Shown: positions 38,305 through 50,786 of the stretch, one piece after another | Position numbering within the stretch: the first letter of the stretch is position 1 | Layout of the letters: each line of letters starts with the position of its first letter | Assembly: GCF_963676685.1 (NCBI RefSeq) | Contig: NC_092352.1 | Span: forward strand, 11,532,001-11,596,000 | Direction of reading: 5' to 3' | Length of the DNA stretch: 64,000 nucleotides | Source: Mytilus edulis | Taxonomy: Eukaryota | Notes under the pieces: model-generated | Databases searched by the model: none | Told to the model about the DNA's origin: nothing | The model's input: the letters and a program-made list of their open reading frames with translations, nothing else | Program-made: the position numbers and the translations under genes

Positions 38305-39820
38305 AACAAGAGTGTACATGCTGAAATTTCTCGCCTGCTTGACTTAAATTTATGTTGAAAGTCTTCATTATACAGATTTTACAACAATTGTTGCATAAAC
38401 TTATTATTATCAATGATTCATATAAACGGGGTCAAGGTGCACCATGAAAGACAGAATTTTACACCTTACAAGCATTCAAAACACAAAATACATTTAACCT
38501 ATTGTTTATAGTATCTCAGAAAAGGAACAAATCACGAAACCTAAACATAACTAATGAACCATGAATAGAGGTCAAGGTCAAATGAACTCTGTAAGGCAGA
38601 CACGAATACCAAACAATCATTCCATACATCAAATACAGTTAAACTGTTGCGTTCAGTATCCGATAAATGGACCTTAACATGAAAACTTAACATTGACTTA
38701 TGAACATTGAAAATGTTGTCACGGCCATGTGAACCCTGTCAGACAGATAAGTATACTTTATATTCATTCTATGCTAAACTAAGCTTATTTGTTGCTTATA
38801 GTATCTCAGAAGTTGACCAAACCAATCAAAATGAGGAATAAGTCATATAGTTCAGTAAAATTTGGATAGTCAATGTTATCAGATGAAAGTTGCCTGACAG
38901 TCAAGTTCACCTTAAAATCATTCCTACAACAAATAAAGTTAACATATTTCTTATAGAACAAGACATAAGCTTGCCAGTGAACCATGCGAGGAGGTCAGAT
39001 CATGATTGAAATTTATGTTTAAAGTCTGTAACATCAAGGTATTGCCGAATGTATCAAATAAATTATCAATGAACCATACAACTGCGGATAAGTGCATTTG
39101 GTGACTGTTTTAAAGACATATACACCATATAATTATTTTATAACGAAATATATTTGACTTTTGCTAACAGTATCTAAGAAACTTAATCACAAACGTTTAA
39201 CACTGACCAATGAACCATGAAAGTCGGGTCAGGGTCAAATGAACCCTTTGAGACTGATATGTATAACTTATTTTTATTATATATAAAAATAATATATTGT
39301 TTATATACAAAACTAACCTTAACAGAAAAACGTAACGTTAACCAATGAACCAAGAAAAATGAGATCAAGGTCAGATGAACACTATCTAATCATTCTATAC
39401 ACAAAATTTAGTTATCCTTTTGCTTAAGGTATCTGATAGTTGGACCTCTTCATGAAATCTTTACATTGATTACTGTTCTTGAAATGATTTTAATGTCAGT
39501 ACAGGCGCTAATCTTGTATGAAGGACATGCATACTTAGTTATGATTTCATTTACCAAATATAGTTACCTTTTACTCATAACAACTGAAAATGTCATCAGA
39601 TAAAACAAAATAATATACAATTTTTAGCATTCCATGAACCATAAAAATATGGTCAGGGACATCGATTGGTACCAGCCAGAGGGAAACCTCAGACCTTTAG
39701 GCATCTGTATACAAGAAATGTAGTACCAAGGTCTTCTAACTTCTGAAATTTCGAGTATTATTTAAATAGTTTACACCACCTCCGGATTTGCATTCCTATG
39801 TCTCGCAAACGAGACAAATA
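38305..39820 (-). mobile_element. Old degenerate HINE-like element with ~140-150-bp decayed tandem units
   Basis: Starts AACAAGAG...TCTCGCCT and ends TGTCTCGC..CGAGACA, with recurrent TGAACCATGAA...GGTCAAGGTCA motifs. Confidence 0.6.
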
Positions 39821-40059
39821 TAAGAAATGCTATTTTAAACAGGAAGGTATACCAACTTTTTCACAGATAACTTTCATGTAAACATTTTGTGGATTGCATC
39901 TTTTATTGTCGAAATGCGCATCTGGTGCAGGAAAATTGGTACTGTTAATGTTTTTACAATTTGACATTATCAAAGTTATGAACATACATACATTCATGGA
40001 TATGAACAAACTATATCACACTATTATTTTGCTATGTTTCGGATAATTAACAAACTTAC

Positions 40060-40173
40060 GACAGTCTTGTTCGTCCGATCCATCATTGCAGTGATTTAAG
40101 TGGTCACAGTAGAAAGTAAAATGTATACATGAACCATCTGCACATTGATACTGGGAACTTGAACATTCTGTAC
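40060..40173 (-). CDS. GPCR exon 9: LDLa repeat (absent from the ORF track)
   Basis: GTECSSSQYQCADGSCIHFTFYCDHLNHCNDGSDEQDC; 114 nt, phase 1-1. Confidence 0.92.
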
Positions 40174-40949
40174 CTAATAATAGGAACTTAATATCTTTAC
40201 CTCCAAAACTTAAAAATAAATCATTTTAGGTAATAAGCATAGCACCTCGACAAATATTGAGTGATAATAAGAAAAATTATAATTTATGTCCAAACTTCTA
40301 AACATTGCCCCTCCCGTTTGAGTTTTTCTTGGCGTACATTGATGAACTTTAACAATGTACTTTCAAGACCAACATTTAAACCAATTTGAAAGTTTCAATA
40401 CTTAACTTCGAAAATATAAGCTAATATTTGTATGCATATTTTTTTTTATGCCGAACTCTTAACTTTTAATACATCTTCAACCGTTTACACGGTTTGTTGT
40501 ATATGTTCCAAATTGTATATTTCCTGCAGATTAGTTATTCTATCGTTGTTTTGACCTTTTTCTTGCGATTAAGGAAATCGAGTTAAAGAGTTAATAATTT
40601 ACATTTCATTAGGAACTATCATTTGCTTTTTGCTTTGTTTAATTTTTCCTCTCAATTTATTTTGTTTGTGGTTTTTTTTTATGTTTTTTTTCTATTTTTT
40701 TCTATACATATTATGTAAACTTTATTGTAACACAGTCAACCCTGTTCGTCACAGTTTCATATAATTACTCGCCGAAATGTAATACTACAAATATATTAAG
40801 GAATACATAATATATATGTAATATGAATTTAAGGCGCAATTACTATATAAGTAAGCCGCCTACAAATAACAACAACTATATAACGATATGTTTTTATCTG
40901 ATCATTTTAATTTTTAACATTTCGAATATACTGAAAACATATTTCTTAC

Positions 40950-41066
40950 CACAATGTTTTTCGTCAGAATTGTTGAAACAATCACTGTAAGAATCACACG
41001 CTGCTAACTGTGATATAATCTCACCATTTCCACATGTAAACATAGAATGATTGAAAGAGGATGAAC
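40950..41066 (-). CDS. GPCR exon 8: four-cysteine LDLa repeat
   Basis: MFTCGNGEIISQLAACDSYSDCFNNSDEKHC; 117 nt, phase 1-1. Confidence 0.9.
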
Positions 41067-41859
41067 CTGAAATACCCAGTACTCTAATTTCGATATCGGT
41101 CACTGAAATTAGAAATTGTTTATCTCTTGATAAAATTTCGGGCACGATATACAGTAATAATAAATCCAAAGGATAAAGTTACATGACACTCAATCATTTA
41201 TATGTCAAACTATACCTTTCCTTCATTATGTAACACAAAAACCTGTCTAGTGTAATGTCGATAAAATTCCAATAAGACACACACAAAAAAAAAAGAGAGA
41301 AACTGACATATTAAACCATTTATATTCAAATTATGCATCTATGAAAAAAGTCTAGATAACATTATACTAAAACAATCAATGTAATATCAAGGATGATATT
41401 TTTGGCTCTCAATAATGACGATGTCAGTATAGGGGTAAATTCAGTAAATAAATAGACGTCATCAGGGACCGCCCATTTAGGGGAGAGCTTTCTGTACAAA
41501 ACTGAAGTCATGTGCTCTTCTGATTGGTAGATAATGTTTGTTATAAATATTTTTTGGTAGATGGATCAAAACTAGAGTTGAAAAAAAAATTAAAAATAAA
41601 TGCTGAATGCACTAATTTTTTTCCTACAGGGTTGAAAAGTAATGGGGTCAGTATAGGAATTCAGTGCGAATCTACATTGTTTGTAAACAAGGTAATGTGA
41701 ATGCCCAAAAATGCCGCATGACCTTATGTTTTTATGGTTGCAAAAGATAGGGATACATTTGTACTTTCATGAATAATATATGAAAGTTTCTAATTTCTAA
41801 AGGTAAATCAGGTATACATTTATTTCCATACATAGATTAGCATTAAAGTTAATGGGAGA

Positions 41860-42450
41860 TTTTACCCCAGTATGTACACTGAAGAGATTTTTCCTGTTGT
41901 TTTACTTTAAATAAAGCTAATACTTTCCTGGATCTTGATATCTATATCTCTAACAGGAAGATAATACAACAATTTATGATATAGGAGATGGTTTTTCATT
42001 TTCTATTGTTAATTATCCGTTTCTATCTGGTGACATTCCCTTGGCACCATCGTATGGTGTCTATATATCTCAACTTGTTCGATTCGCTCATGTATGTAGC
42101 AACGTATTTGATTTTAACGAGAAAAAAAAACACTTTATTACACACCAGGGTTTTCGATATCAGATACTTGTCAAACTAAATTTTATCATCGGTAAGACGA
42201 CATCATTCGTAAATATAAATCAACGTGCAGACATCTTACACGTTCAGGTATTTCACATCCCTAATATTCTATACAATCACACAAATTTCGTCATTCACGA
42301 AAACAGCTAACCAAACCTTTAAACAGACTTATCGCAAGGGACATACATTTGTGTAGTTACGATACTGTTGTCAAGTCATGAAAGATGGCATTTTTTGAAA
42401 TTAATATTGATTCAATTATAGGGTCTTTACATAAAAAATAAACACATTTA
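41860..42450 (+). mobile_element. Degenerate PLE RT C-terminal fragment
   Basis: FLDLDI and APSYGVYISQLVRFAHVCSNVFDFNE in shifted frames. Confidence 0.75.
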
Positions 42451-44920
42451 ATCTAAAACCAGTTATTGGCATGATACGGGTTATGTTCTTCTCGTATAAT
42501 GTATAGGGGAAGGGTTGAAATCTCTCATAAAATTTTTAACCACGCTGCTGCGTCTGTCCAAAGTCAGGAATCTCTATTGTTTTGTTAGTCTTGCGTTGTT
42601 TTAAAAAAATTTATCTTTTGGAGTTTAGAGTGGTGTCCATTCCACAACTATTATATTTATTTGTTTAGGGGTCAGCTGAAGCCAGCTTTCGGGTGCGGGA
42701 TTTTCTCGCTGGGTTGAAGACCCATTGGTGGTCTTGTGCTGGTTTCTGCTCTTCGGTCGGGTTGTTGTTTCTTTCACGCATACCCCGTTTCCATTCTCTA
42801 TCCTTTAATGTATAAACTTTTCATACATAACTTATGTTAACTGTTTATACAGTGTGACTTGGATGGAGAGTTGTCTCATTGACACTCATACCACATTTTC
42901 TTATTTCTATTTTCTTTTCAAATTGACTAAAACATAATTATGATAAAATTATCCAATCTATTTATGTCTTTATTTTTGAAATTTAAACATCGGTAAACTA
43001 CTTACTTCATCTTACGGGATTGACTCGTTCAACCGGATATGTGCCGGTAGTAACACCTCAATTTATAGAGTAATCATTTCCGGATATCTCAAATTATGTC
43101 CATTTCAAGTTTGATTATAGAAAAATTTGAATACTAAAGTTGGAAGACGTGTTCTTGAATAATTGGTTTCAAATAATTTTTTACTTCTACCGAAACATAT
43201 TTGTTGTATTTTTGTTTTGCTTTTGTATATGCTATCAAACAGTTATTGGTCTTTCGAATTTGAAAGCTTTTAAGCCAGCAACTTTCGTTGTAATATCTCA
43301 ATTATTTTCTTTTTAGCACATCTCCTTCGTTACCAATAAGTTTTCGCATAGGAATTATCTGTCTAAAACACATTAATAACGAATCAATCATAAAACATTA
43401 GTATTCAAATTTGATCAATACAACATACTATATCATTTTAAATTATACTCTTCAACTAAATTCTTTTAAAGTCCTGAACAATATTTAATATTTGAGAAAT
43501 ATTACATGTACAATGCAACGATCAGATGATGCAAACTCTTTCTAAAGAATTTAGCAGTTTGTTCTTACGTTGTGCTGTTTCACCACTGTCCAGGTAGGGA
43601 AGATAAGGAGATTGAGAGCTCACAACCATGTTCAATTCAGCTTAATTCTGTATGTTTCTATTGCATGTCAGTTGCCTGCTAATCAGTGGTCGACGCTGGT
43701 TTCTGTCTGCCATATTTGCGTTTCGTTAATTATTTATCCTAAATGAGGCCGTTGTTTTTCTGTTTGATTTGAGTCATCTTTGTTATTCCAAGACCTGATA
43801 TAGCTTGATATACAGTTGTACTCACTTTCAAAGGCCGTATAATGACAAATAGATGCTCATGTCCATATCGTTTGGTCTCTGGTGGAGATAAGTCTCATTG
43901 GCAATCATACTACATCTCCTTATCATCATATAAGTCTAATCTGCACTTCCCCCTAGATCTTTTCCAGATTACTCATGAGAAGAAATGAAAAAAAAAACAG
44001 TGTTTTGTCTGTTGCACGTGGATTGTGAAAAGGAAGGGTGTAGAAGATAGGAATACATTTAAATTGACAACAGGTCACCTATGGAGTTCTTTAATGAGTT
44101 CAACTTTTTCACATGCACACAGTCTGACAGAGTAAGATTCTACAAACACACAACTTTGAGTTAACGCCCCTCTTCAGATCATGAGACAATAAATCTATAC
44201 AAAAGAGAAAGCTTGCGTTTTACCTCAACACGGGTCTTATTGAAAAATGAAATAATCCAAAAGTTATAAAATATTTCTTGTATCTATCTTAAATCATAAA
44301 AATTAGATTATTTTGTATTTTAAAGGTTGACCACGTTTGAAAATATCCATAATAAATAGTAAAATTATACATTGTGTCATCATGGCATAAGAACTTCTGC
44401 AACAGAGTGACGAGGAAGACCAACTGAAATCGAAACTATGTAAGTTTCATGGTCACCATAACTTATTGGTTGACCTATACAACATGTATGTATCTTAATT
44501 CATTAACGACATTCTTTCATGGCTTTAGCTTTTTATCTCCTAGAATAGTCGTCTGGTCTGTAAATTTACCTATTGAGACTTATTTCGGATTGAAACATTT
44601 TGACTGAGTGTGGATATGCATGGCGAATGATGCATCAATAGCAGGAGACACTTGCTCTGTCGACGCGCCATTTTTTTTACTCCTTTTGAAGTTCAAGCGA
44701 TTCCCTCTTTTTCAGCTCTTTTCCTTGTCTTGTATCTTCTTAATGAATTTATTAGATTTTATCAACGAAAAGCAACTGTTGCTATTTCTTTTTATATTTC
44801 TGAATTATTATTGTTGTCGAGATTGATTTTTCGTACTTTTTTATAGTCCTATATTAACTTATTGTTGGTGCTGTAAACACTTGAATATAGTTATCAAAGG
44901 TACAAGGATTATAATTTATT

Positions 44921-44965
44921 ACGCCAGACGCGCGTTCCGTCTACATAAGACTCATCAGTGACGCT
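44921..44965 (-). ncRNA. Minimal type I hammerhead ribozyme-like motif (one core mismatch)
   Basis: Minus strand reads GCGTCA-CTGATGA-GTC-TTATGTA-GAC-GGAA-CGCGCG-TC-TGGCGT. Stem I and stem II can pair and stem III is palindromic; GAAA is changed to GGAA. Confidence 0.65.
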
Positions 44966-45287
44966 CAGATCAAAATAGTTGTAAAGCCAAACAAGTACAA
45001 AGTTTAAGAGCAGTGAGGACCAACAGCGGTATACTACTGTTGCCTTTATGAAATATGATAACAAAAGCAATAAAACAAATTTACAAAACGTAGTTACATG
45101 ACATTTATAACGTGTTTTTCTCATTTTTACATACTTGTTTTTTCAAAATCTATTAAAAATTAAATTCTGGAGTGGAGAAATATCGTACCTTAAATTATGT
45201 AGGGATATAGAAGGTCTTTGGTAAGAAGTGTTTATATGTCTGATATTTATGTTGTTATCTATTTTATTTTAAAATATTTTCGTATAC

Positions 45288-45463
45288 CTTGATTATCATA
45301 AGGATCCAGTTGAGTCTCGCACATAAAATATTGTATTTTATCATAAGCACATGGAACATCATGCCAGCTCTGTTTATTATGGATGCTGTTCAGTATGATT
45401 GCCGTGCATTGTTCGTCGTCAAAACCATCCGGTTGGGAAATACCTTTTAACACGTTATTGGAC
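45288..45463 (-). CDS. GPCR exon 7: C-type lectin C-terminal part
   Basis: QPDG..EQC...WHDVPC...FMCE; 176 nt, phase 2-1. Confidence 0.9.
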
Positions 45464-46204
45464 CTTAAAACAAATAAAGCAGTACTTGGCAATTTGAAAT
45501 AAGCCGTTTAAAAAAAGTGATAGGCTTCATCAAAAATCAGAAATTACTTATTTTATAAACACCTTGTAATTCTTTACAAAGACGTATCGTTATCGGCTTA
45601 TCACAAAGAAATGAACTCAAACCAATGATACTAGTGAAGTGCTAGCTTTTATTCTGTTTTTAATGCCTCACTGTGACTTTAAGAAGAACAAAAATAAAGA
45701 CACTGTTACTTTACTTTGTTTTTTTCCCCAAATGCGTGAAGAAATTTGTGTCCTGAATTAATACACCATATCCATTCGTTTCCTTCTCATGTCCACTCTT
45801 GTTATGGGCAGTAAAATCAGTAAGCTTTTGATACATACAGATTAAGCGCATGGCGTTCATTCCAATTAAAAGTAAACTTTCTAGTGAAATATTTGAAGAA
45901 AATCGGTAGTTTTCAATAAATTGAAACTTTTGTTTTTGACATTTTGAATCAATAAATTTAAATCAATGTGTGTTCATATAAATTTGTTGTAGCCCTTCGA
46001 CAGAATGTATGCACCAATCACGAAAGGGCAAACACGATTATGGTTAACAAAAGGTAAAACAACAAAAATACCGTACTCCAAGGAAAATTCAAAACGGAAA
46101 GTCCGTTAACAAATGACAAAATCAAAAGTACAAACCAACAAACGAATGAAAATAACTGTCATATTCCTGACTTGGTAGAGGCATTTACTTATGTAGAAAA
46201 TGCT

Positions 46205-46862
46205 TACTTGGCATTGCACAAGGTCATGTTTTTCTCTGGCTGTTTATGACGTCTTTACACTAAATCCATTGGATGTTGGATGTGTACAGATTGATAGCTT
46301 AGTCTTAGTTGCATGACTTTTTTATTAGTTGTTAGTGGCTTTGAACTAGCTGTCAGATAACTGAGAGTACTCTCAGATCTGTTCTTGGTGTCTTATTGTG
46401 TCGGGATTTATAAGTACTGGCCCACGTCCACTTGTATTTTTGTCCATCTGATGAGTTAAGCTTTCGTCAACAGATTTTTATAGTTCGTTCTTATGTTGTA
46501 CTGTTATACCACTGTCCCAGGTTTGGGGGAGGGTTTGGATCCCGCTAACATGTTTAACCCCGCCACATTATTTATGTATGTGCCTGTCCCAAGTCAGGAG
46601 CCTGTAATTTAGTGGTTGTCGTTTGTTTATGTGTTACATATTTGTTTTTCTTTCATTTTTTTACATAAATAAGGCCGTTAGTTTTCTCGTTTGAATTGTT
46701 TTACATTGTTGTTATCGGGGCTTTTCATAGCCCACTATGCGGTATGGGCTTTGCTCATTGTTGAAGGAGGCCGTACGATGACCTATAGTTGTTAATGTCT
46801 GTGTCATTTTGGTCTTTTGTTGATAGTTGTCTCATTGGCAATCATACCACATCTTCTTTTCT
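46205..46862 (+). repeat. Copy of abundant interspersed repeat ending GTCTCATTGGCAATCATACCACATCTTC
   Basis: Related copies at ~43555-43922 (+), ~16116-16430 (-), ~3515-3860 (-) and 56577-56727 (-). Confidence 0.7.
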
Positions 46863-47464
46863 ATTTTGTAAATAAACATTTAAATTGTATCAAATGAAGT
46901 GAAAAAAAAACCAAAATATAGGGTAATTCCTCTTCAGATTTATCAATTTACATATGTATTCCATTGATTAATTGTCTTTACCTGACAAGACTATCAGATT
47001 TATTTTAATACATTTTGTAATCACATCTCTGTTTTATACTGTATGATTTTGTTTAATTTCTGAAACACGCTTTTATCTAAATATTAAAAACCTTAATCTT
47101 ACTTTAAAAAGAACAAGTACAAATGTAGATTAACAGTATACACTGACGCGCTTGTAGTCAGATTAACGATTGTTTTTCAAAAACTTCGCTCCTACTACCT
47201 CAAAGGTTTTGTTCTTCAACTTTTAGAGGATGTCTGCTGTTTGTCTGATACAAATATAAATTGATCTAAAGATAACTCGTCTACATAAAATCTAATGGCG
47301 GGTGATACAATTGTCCTCTTGATGTATACGATTGCACTCTGTGAAATTTCAGACGAATTTTTTTATTGCATATAACCTCTTCTGAGGGATTTTTGTAATT
47401 TTATGTTTGAATCTACGGTTTGGTTATCATTGTACACTTCATACAAAAGAAATAATTGTATTAC

Positions 47465-47543
47465 CAGGCTGTATAAGTTAATGGTTCACCACTCAACCAC
47501 TGGAAATCTGAAAACTTGTAACCTTTATTCTGTTTTACCAAAC
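47465..47543 (-). CDS. GPCR exon 6: C-type lectin middle part (absent from the ORF track)
   Basis: GLVKQNKGYKFSDFQWLSGEPLTYTAW; 79 nt, phase 1-2, AG/GT; bridges the phases of exons 5 and 7. Confidence 0.9.
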
Positions 47544-48907
47544 CTGATAAAAAAAATTATAAAATTCAAAGAAACATATGAAAATATTACAAAATGTATG
47601 GAAAATCTCGAAATGTGTTCTGTTCGATCGAAGAAATTTTATGTTTTACATTATATTTTTTTACGTGCGGGTATAATCACGAAAGAGGCAGACATGCTGA
47701 TGTTCAATAGAAATAAGTAGGCGTAAGGTACCAAACAGTCATTCAAAATTGAATTATTGAATGGAAACTGACAACGCCGTGATAACGTAAAAAACCCAAC
47801 AACACCAGAAAACACTAAATAGAAAATAAAAGACTGCGCAAATCGAACGCCAAAAAAATTTGGGGTGATCTCAGTTGCTTCAGGAGGTTTTCCAAGATAT
47901 ACCCGTCGTGTTGCTCGTGGTAAGTACATATTCGATGACAACTCTCTTTCACAATGTTACAATCGAGGAAAGGTGAACGGGTTTGTTCTCCTCTAATTGC
48001 TGTTTTGAGATATAAGCCATATCAAATTAACTTCACTGTAAACAATTTATAGATATTGTAGATCAGATTTGGCTTTTATTCTTGGGAAAACTTATAAATA
48101 GATAATAGTTTAGGAAAAGTTCCCAAAAGTGATGGTAATATCTCCCTTGGTCTTTTTGGTGAGAACACTTATATTCTCCTTTTTGTGTCTTTTGTCTTAA
48201 TGTTAGTTGGGTTGTGTGCTTCGTACAAATCTAATCAGTCAAGCCATTTCCAACTGGTTTAACAGTTTGTTCTAACGTTGGTGGGGTTCGTGTTGCTCAT
48301 TCTTTTGTTTTCTAATGTTTTGTTATATTAACTGTTGTTTGTCTGTTTTTTTTTTTGCCACAGCGTTGTCAGTATATTTTCGACTTATGAGTTTGAATCT
48401 CACTTTTGCATCTTTCGCCCCTCTTCGTGCTGTTAATTCACTGTTCCAAGTTGGAAGGTTTAGCGTATATAAACAAGTTTTAACCAGCAACATTCTTAAT
48501 GTTCCAATCCCAAGCCTGTGATTCAGTGGTTGTGATTGGTTGCTTTCTGTCATATTTGTATTTCGTTTATTTTTTGTCAATGTTTATGTTCCATGTCAGG
48601 ACCCGGTAATTCATTGATTATTGTTAGTCGCTGATGTTGTTCGTTTATTGTTTCTACATAAATTTGGCATTTGTGTTTCTTGTAGTATTTCGTCATGTCG
48701 GGTTCTCCTATAGATACCTGTATGGGTTTTGATCCGAATATAAGGCTACACGGTGTCCTAAAGTTGCAAACATTCATTTTAGTGAGAGTACGGTGGACAG
48801 TTGATTCATTTGGTGACCAAGCCACATCTCCTTATAAAAAATATATTGTTCTTAAAGAATTAAAAAGCCATGATGCGTATCTATTATTCAGGCCAACATA
48901 AACATGC

Positions 48908-49111
48908 CTATATAAACTTGGTCAGCACTTCCCGCTTCAGATATTGTAAACAACAATTGATGAACGAATTTCATTTCCTCTTCCGAATTGACACTGACAA
49001 GATGACCACCTTCTCTCACACATGCCATTTCTGCCTTTTGCTGATTCGTATGATTGCTGTAAAACAGCTTATAACAACTTGTTCTTAAGTTAGCCCACGT
49101 TGCAGCACAAT
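48908..49111 (-). CDS. GPCR exon 5: C-type lectin N-terminal part, GC donor
   Basis: CAATW....SCYKLF...AEMAC...GGHLVSVNSEEE...VYIG; 204 nt; donor reads AG|GCATGT. Confidence 0.88.
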
Positions 49112-50378
49112 CTAACAATAAAAAAAAACAATTATAAGAATGAGTACCGTTTGAAAGGGCAAAAAGAGTTATCACAAAAAGTAAAACAACAAAAATACCA
49201 ATCTCAGAGGAAAATTCAAAACGGAAAGTTCGTTAAGAATTAACAACATCAAAAGCTCAAACACATCAAACGAATGGAAAATAACTGTCATACTTCTGAC
49301 TTGCTACATACATTTCCTTATGTAGAAAATGGTGAATTAAACCTGGTTTTAAAGCTAGCTAAGCCTCTCACTCTAATAGCTACCTGTATGGGTTCGTATA
49401 TAGTGACTAATTTGGAAGATGAAACTACTTGCAAGCATTATAAAAAAAGTAATTTACCATCCACTTTTTTATGTTAAAGATTACGATTCAATAAAGATAA
49501 GTTTGTTGATTCTTAATGTCATGTTATTATAATACAATTAATGCGATACATAATCATTTACTGATCCAGAAATGATTTTTTTCTTTCTTTCCCACCATTA
49601 CATTCATCAATATTGATTCAGAGTGTGAATTGTTGATTTTCTTGTTAGGATGTTTGTTTTCTTTAAGGAATTACTGTATAAATTATTTTGAGTATAACAC
49701 CTTTTCGTGTTTTTTTTTCTTTTGTGATTTGTTCATGTTGCAGCGTGAATTCGAATAAAAAATATAATGGCAAACGTTAAAATTTTAATATATCAGCAGG
49801 CATAGTGCTTTGGGCATCTTTTCAGTATTTTAAGTACTATTCTATGGTATACACCATTGTTTTTTTGTTTTCCGTCGTAGAAAAAGTAAAAAAAAACCAA
49901 GAACAATCATTTACTTTTTTGAAATATATCTCTTTTAACGCGCATATTTGATCTTGCAACCTATCGAAGCAAAATTGCATGTTTAAAAAACTTGTTCACA
50001 TCGTTAACATACGTATGCGCCTGTCCAAATCTGAAGTTAGTTTTGACTGGTTGTTGCTGTCTAAGTAATTGTCAAAATAAAGATTTGGTGTCGAAGTCAA
50101 ATATTTGGTTTTCTCTGAAGATGACACAAAAGATTTTGACTACTCTGACGATCAAGACCTTGTCATGCAGCTTTGTGCTGTTCCACCAATGGTGAACTTG
50201 TAACATTTTTAAATATCTAAAACTCTTTTATAGAGATAGACATGTATCAACTTATTAACTTTCATAAAATGTGTTGTAGACGCGAGCTTTAAAAAAAAAG
50301 TAATTGACACGAAAATAAAGGCGTACAAATGGACAAAGAGTTGGGCTAACGAACGTACGAATATTTTATAAATCTTAC

Positions 50379-50786
50379 CAGATTCATTAGAAATGGTTTC
50401 AATGACAGTATCTTTTATCGTATATAATCCTAAAAATCCCCTTCCGGTCAAGGAATTTCCAACACGGAATTCTACATCCATCATATGCCAACTAGAAAGT
50501 AATCTTATATGTGGCATTGTAACCTTGGTGAATCGTCCAAAAGATGCAGATCGTTCTCCCCGGAGATCAAAATCAAACACTTCCACAAACGAGTCAACCA
50601 ACGACCAGATGTTCACATCAAGTTCTATGAACTGAAGTTCGATATATTGTCCATACTGACCTCTAATTTTCCACATATTTGTATCCGAAGCTGAATATAA
50701 GGATGGATATAGATAAGATGCTATATATGCCTTTTTCGCAGTGCATTTTGCATACTTTTTGGCGTTCACTTCGCACCCAGGATAAT
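50379..50786 (-). CDS. GPCR exon 4: CUB domain
   Basis: YIASYLYPSLY...WKI...GQYIELQF..LDV...FVEVFD...GRF...SSWHMMDVEF....GRGFLGLY; 408 nt, phase 1-1. Confidence 0.88.

Noticed and set aside
43006-43362. Candidate exon between the lectin and first LDLa exons
   Set aside because: Stops in the required frame from both candidate acceptors; the flanking exons already join in phase.
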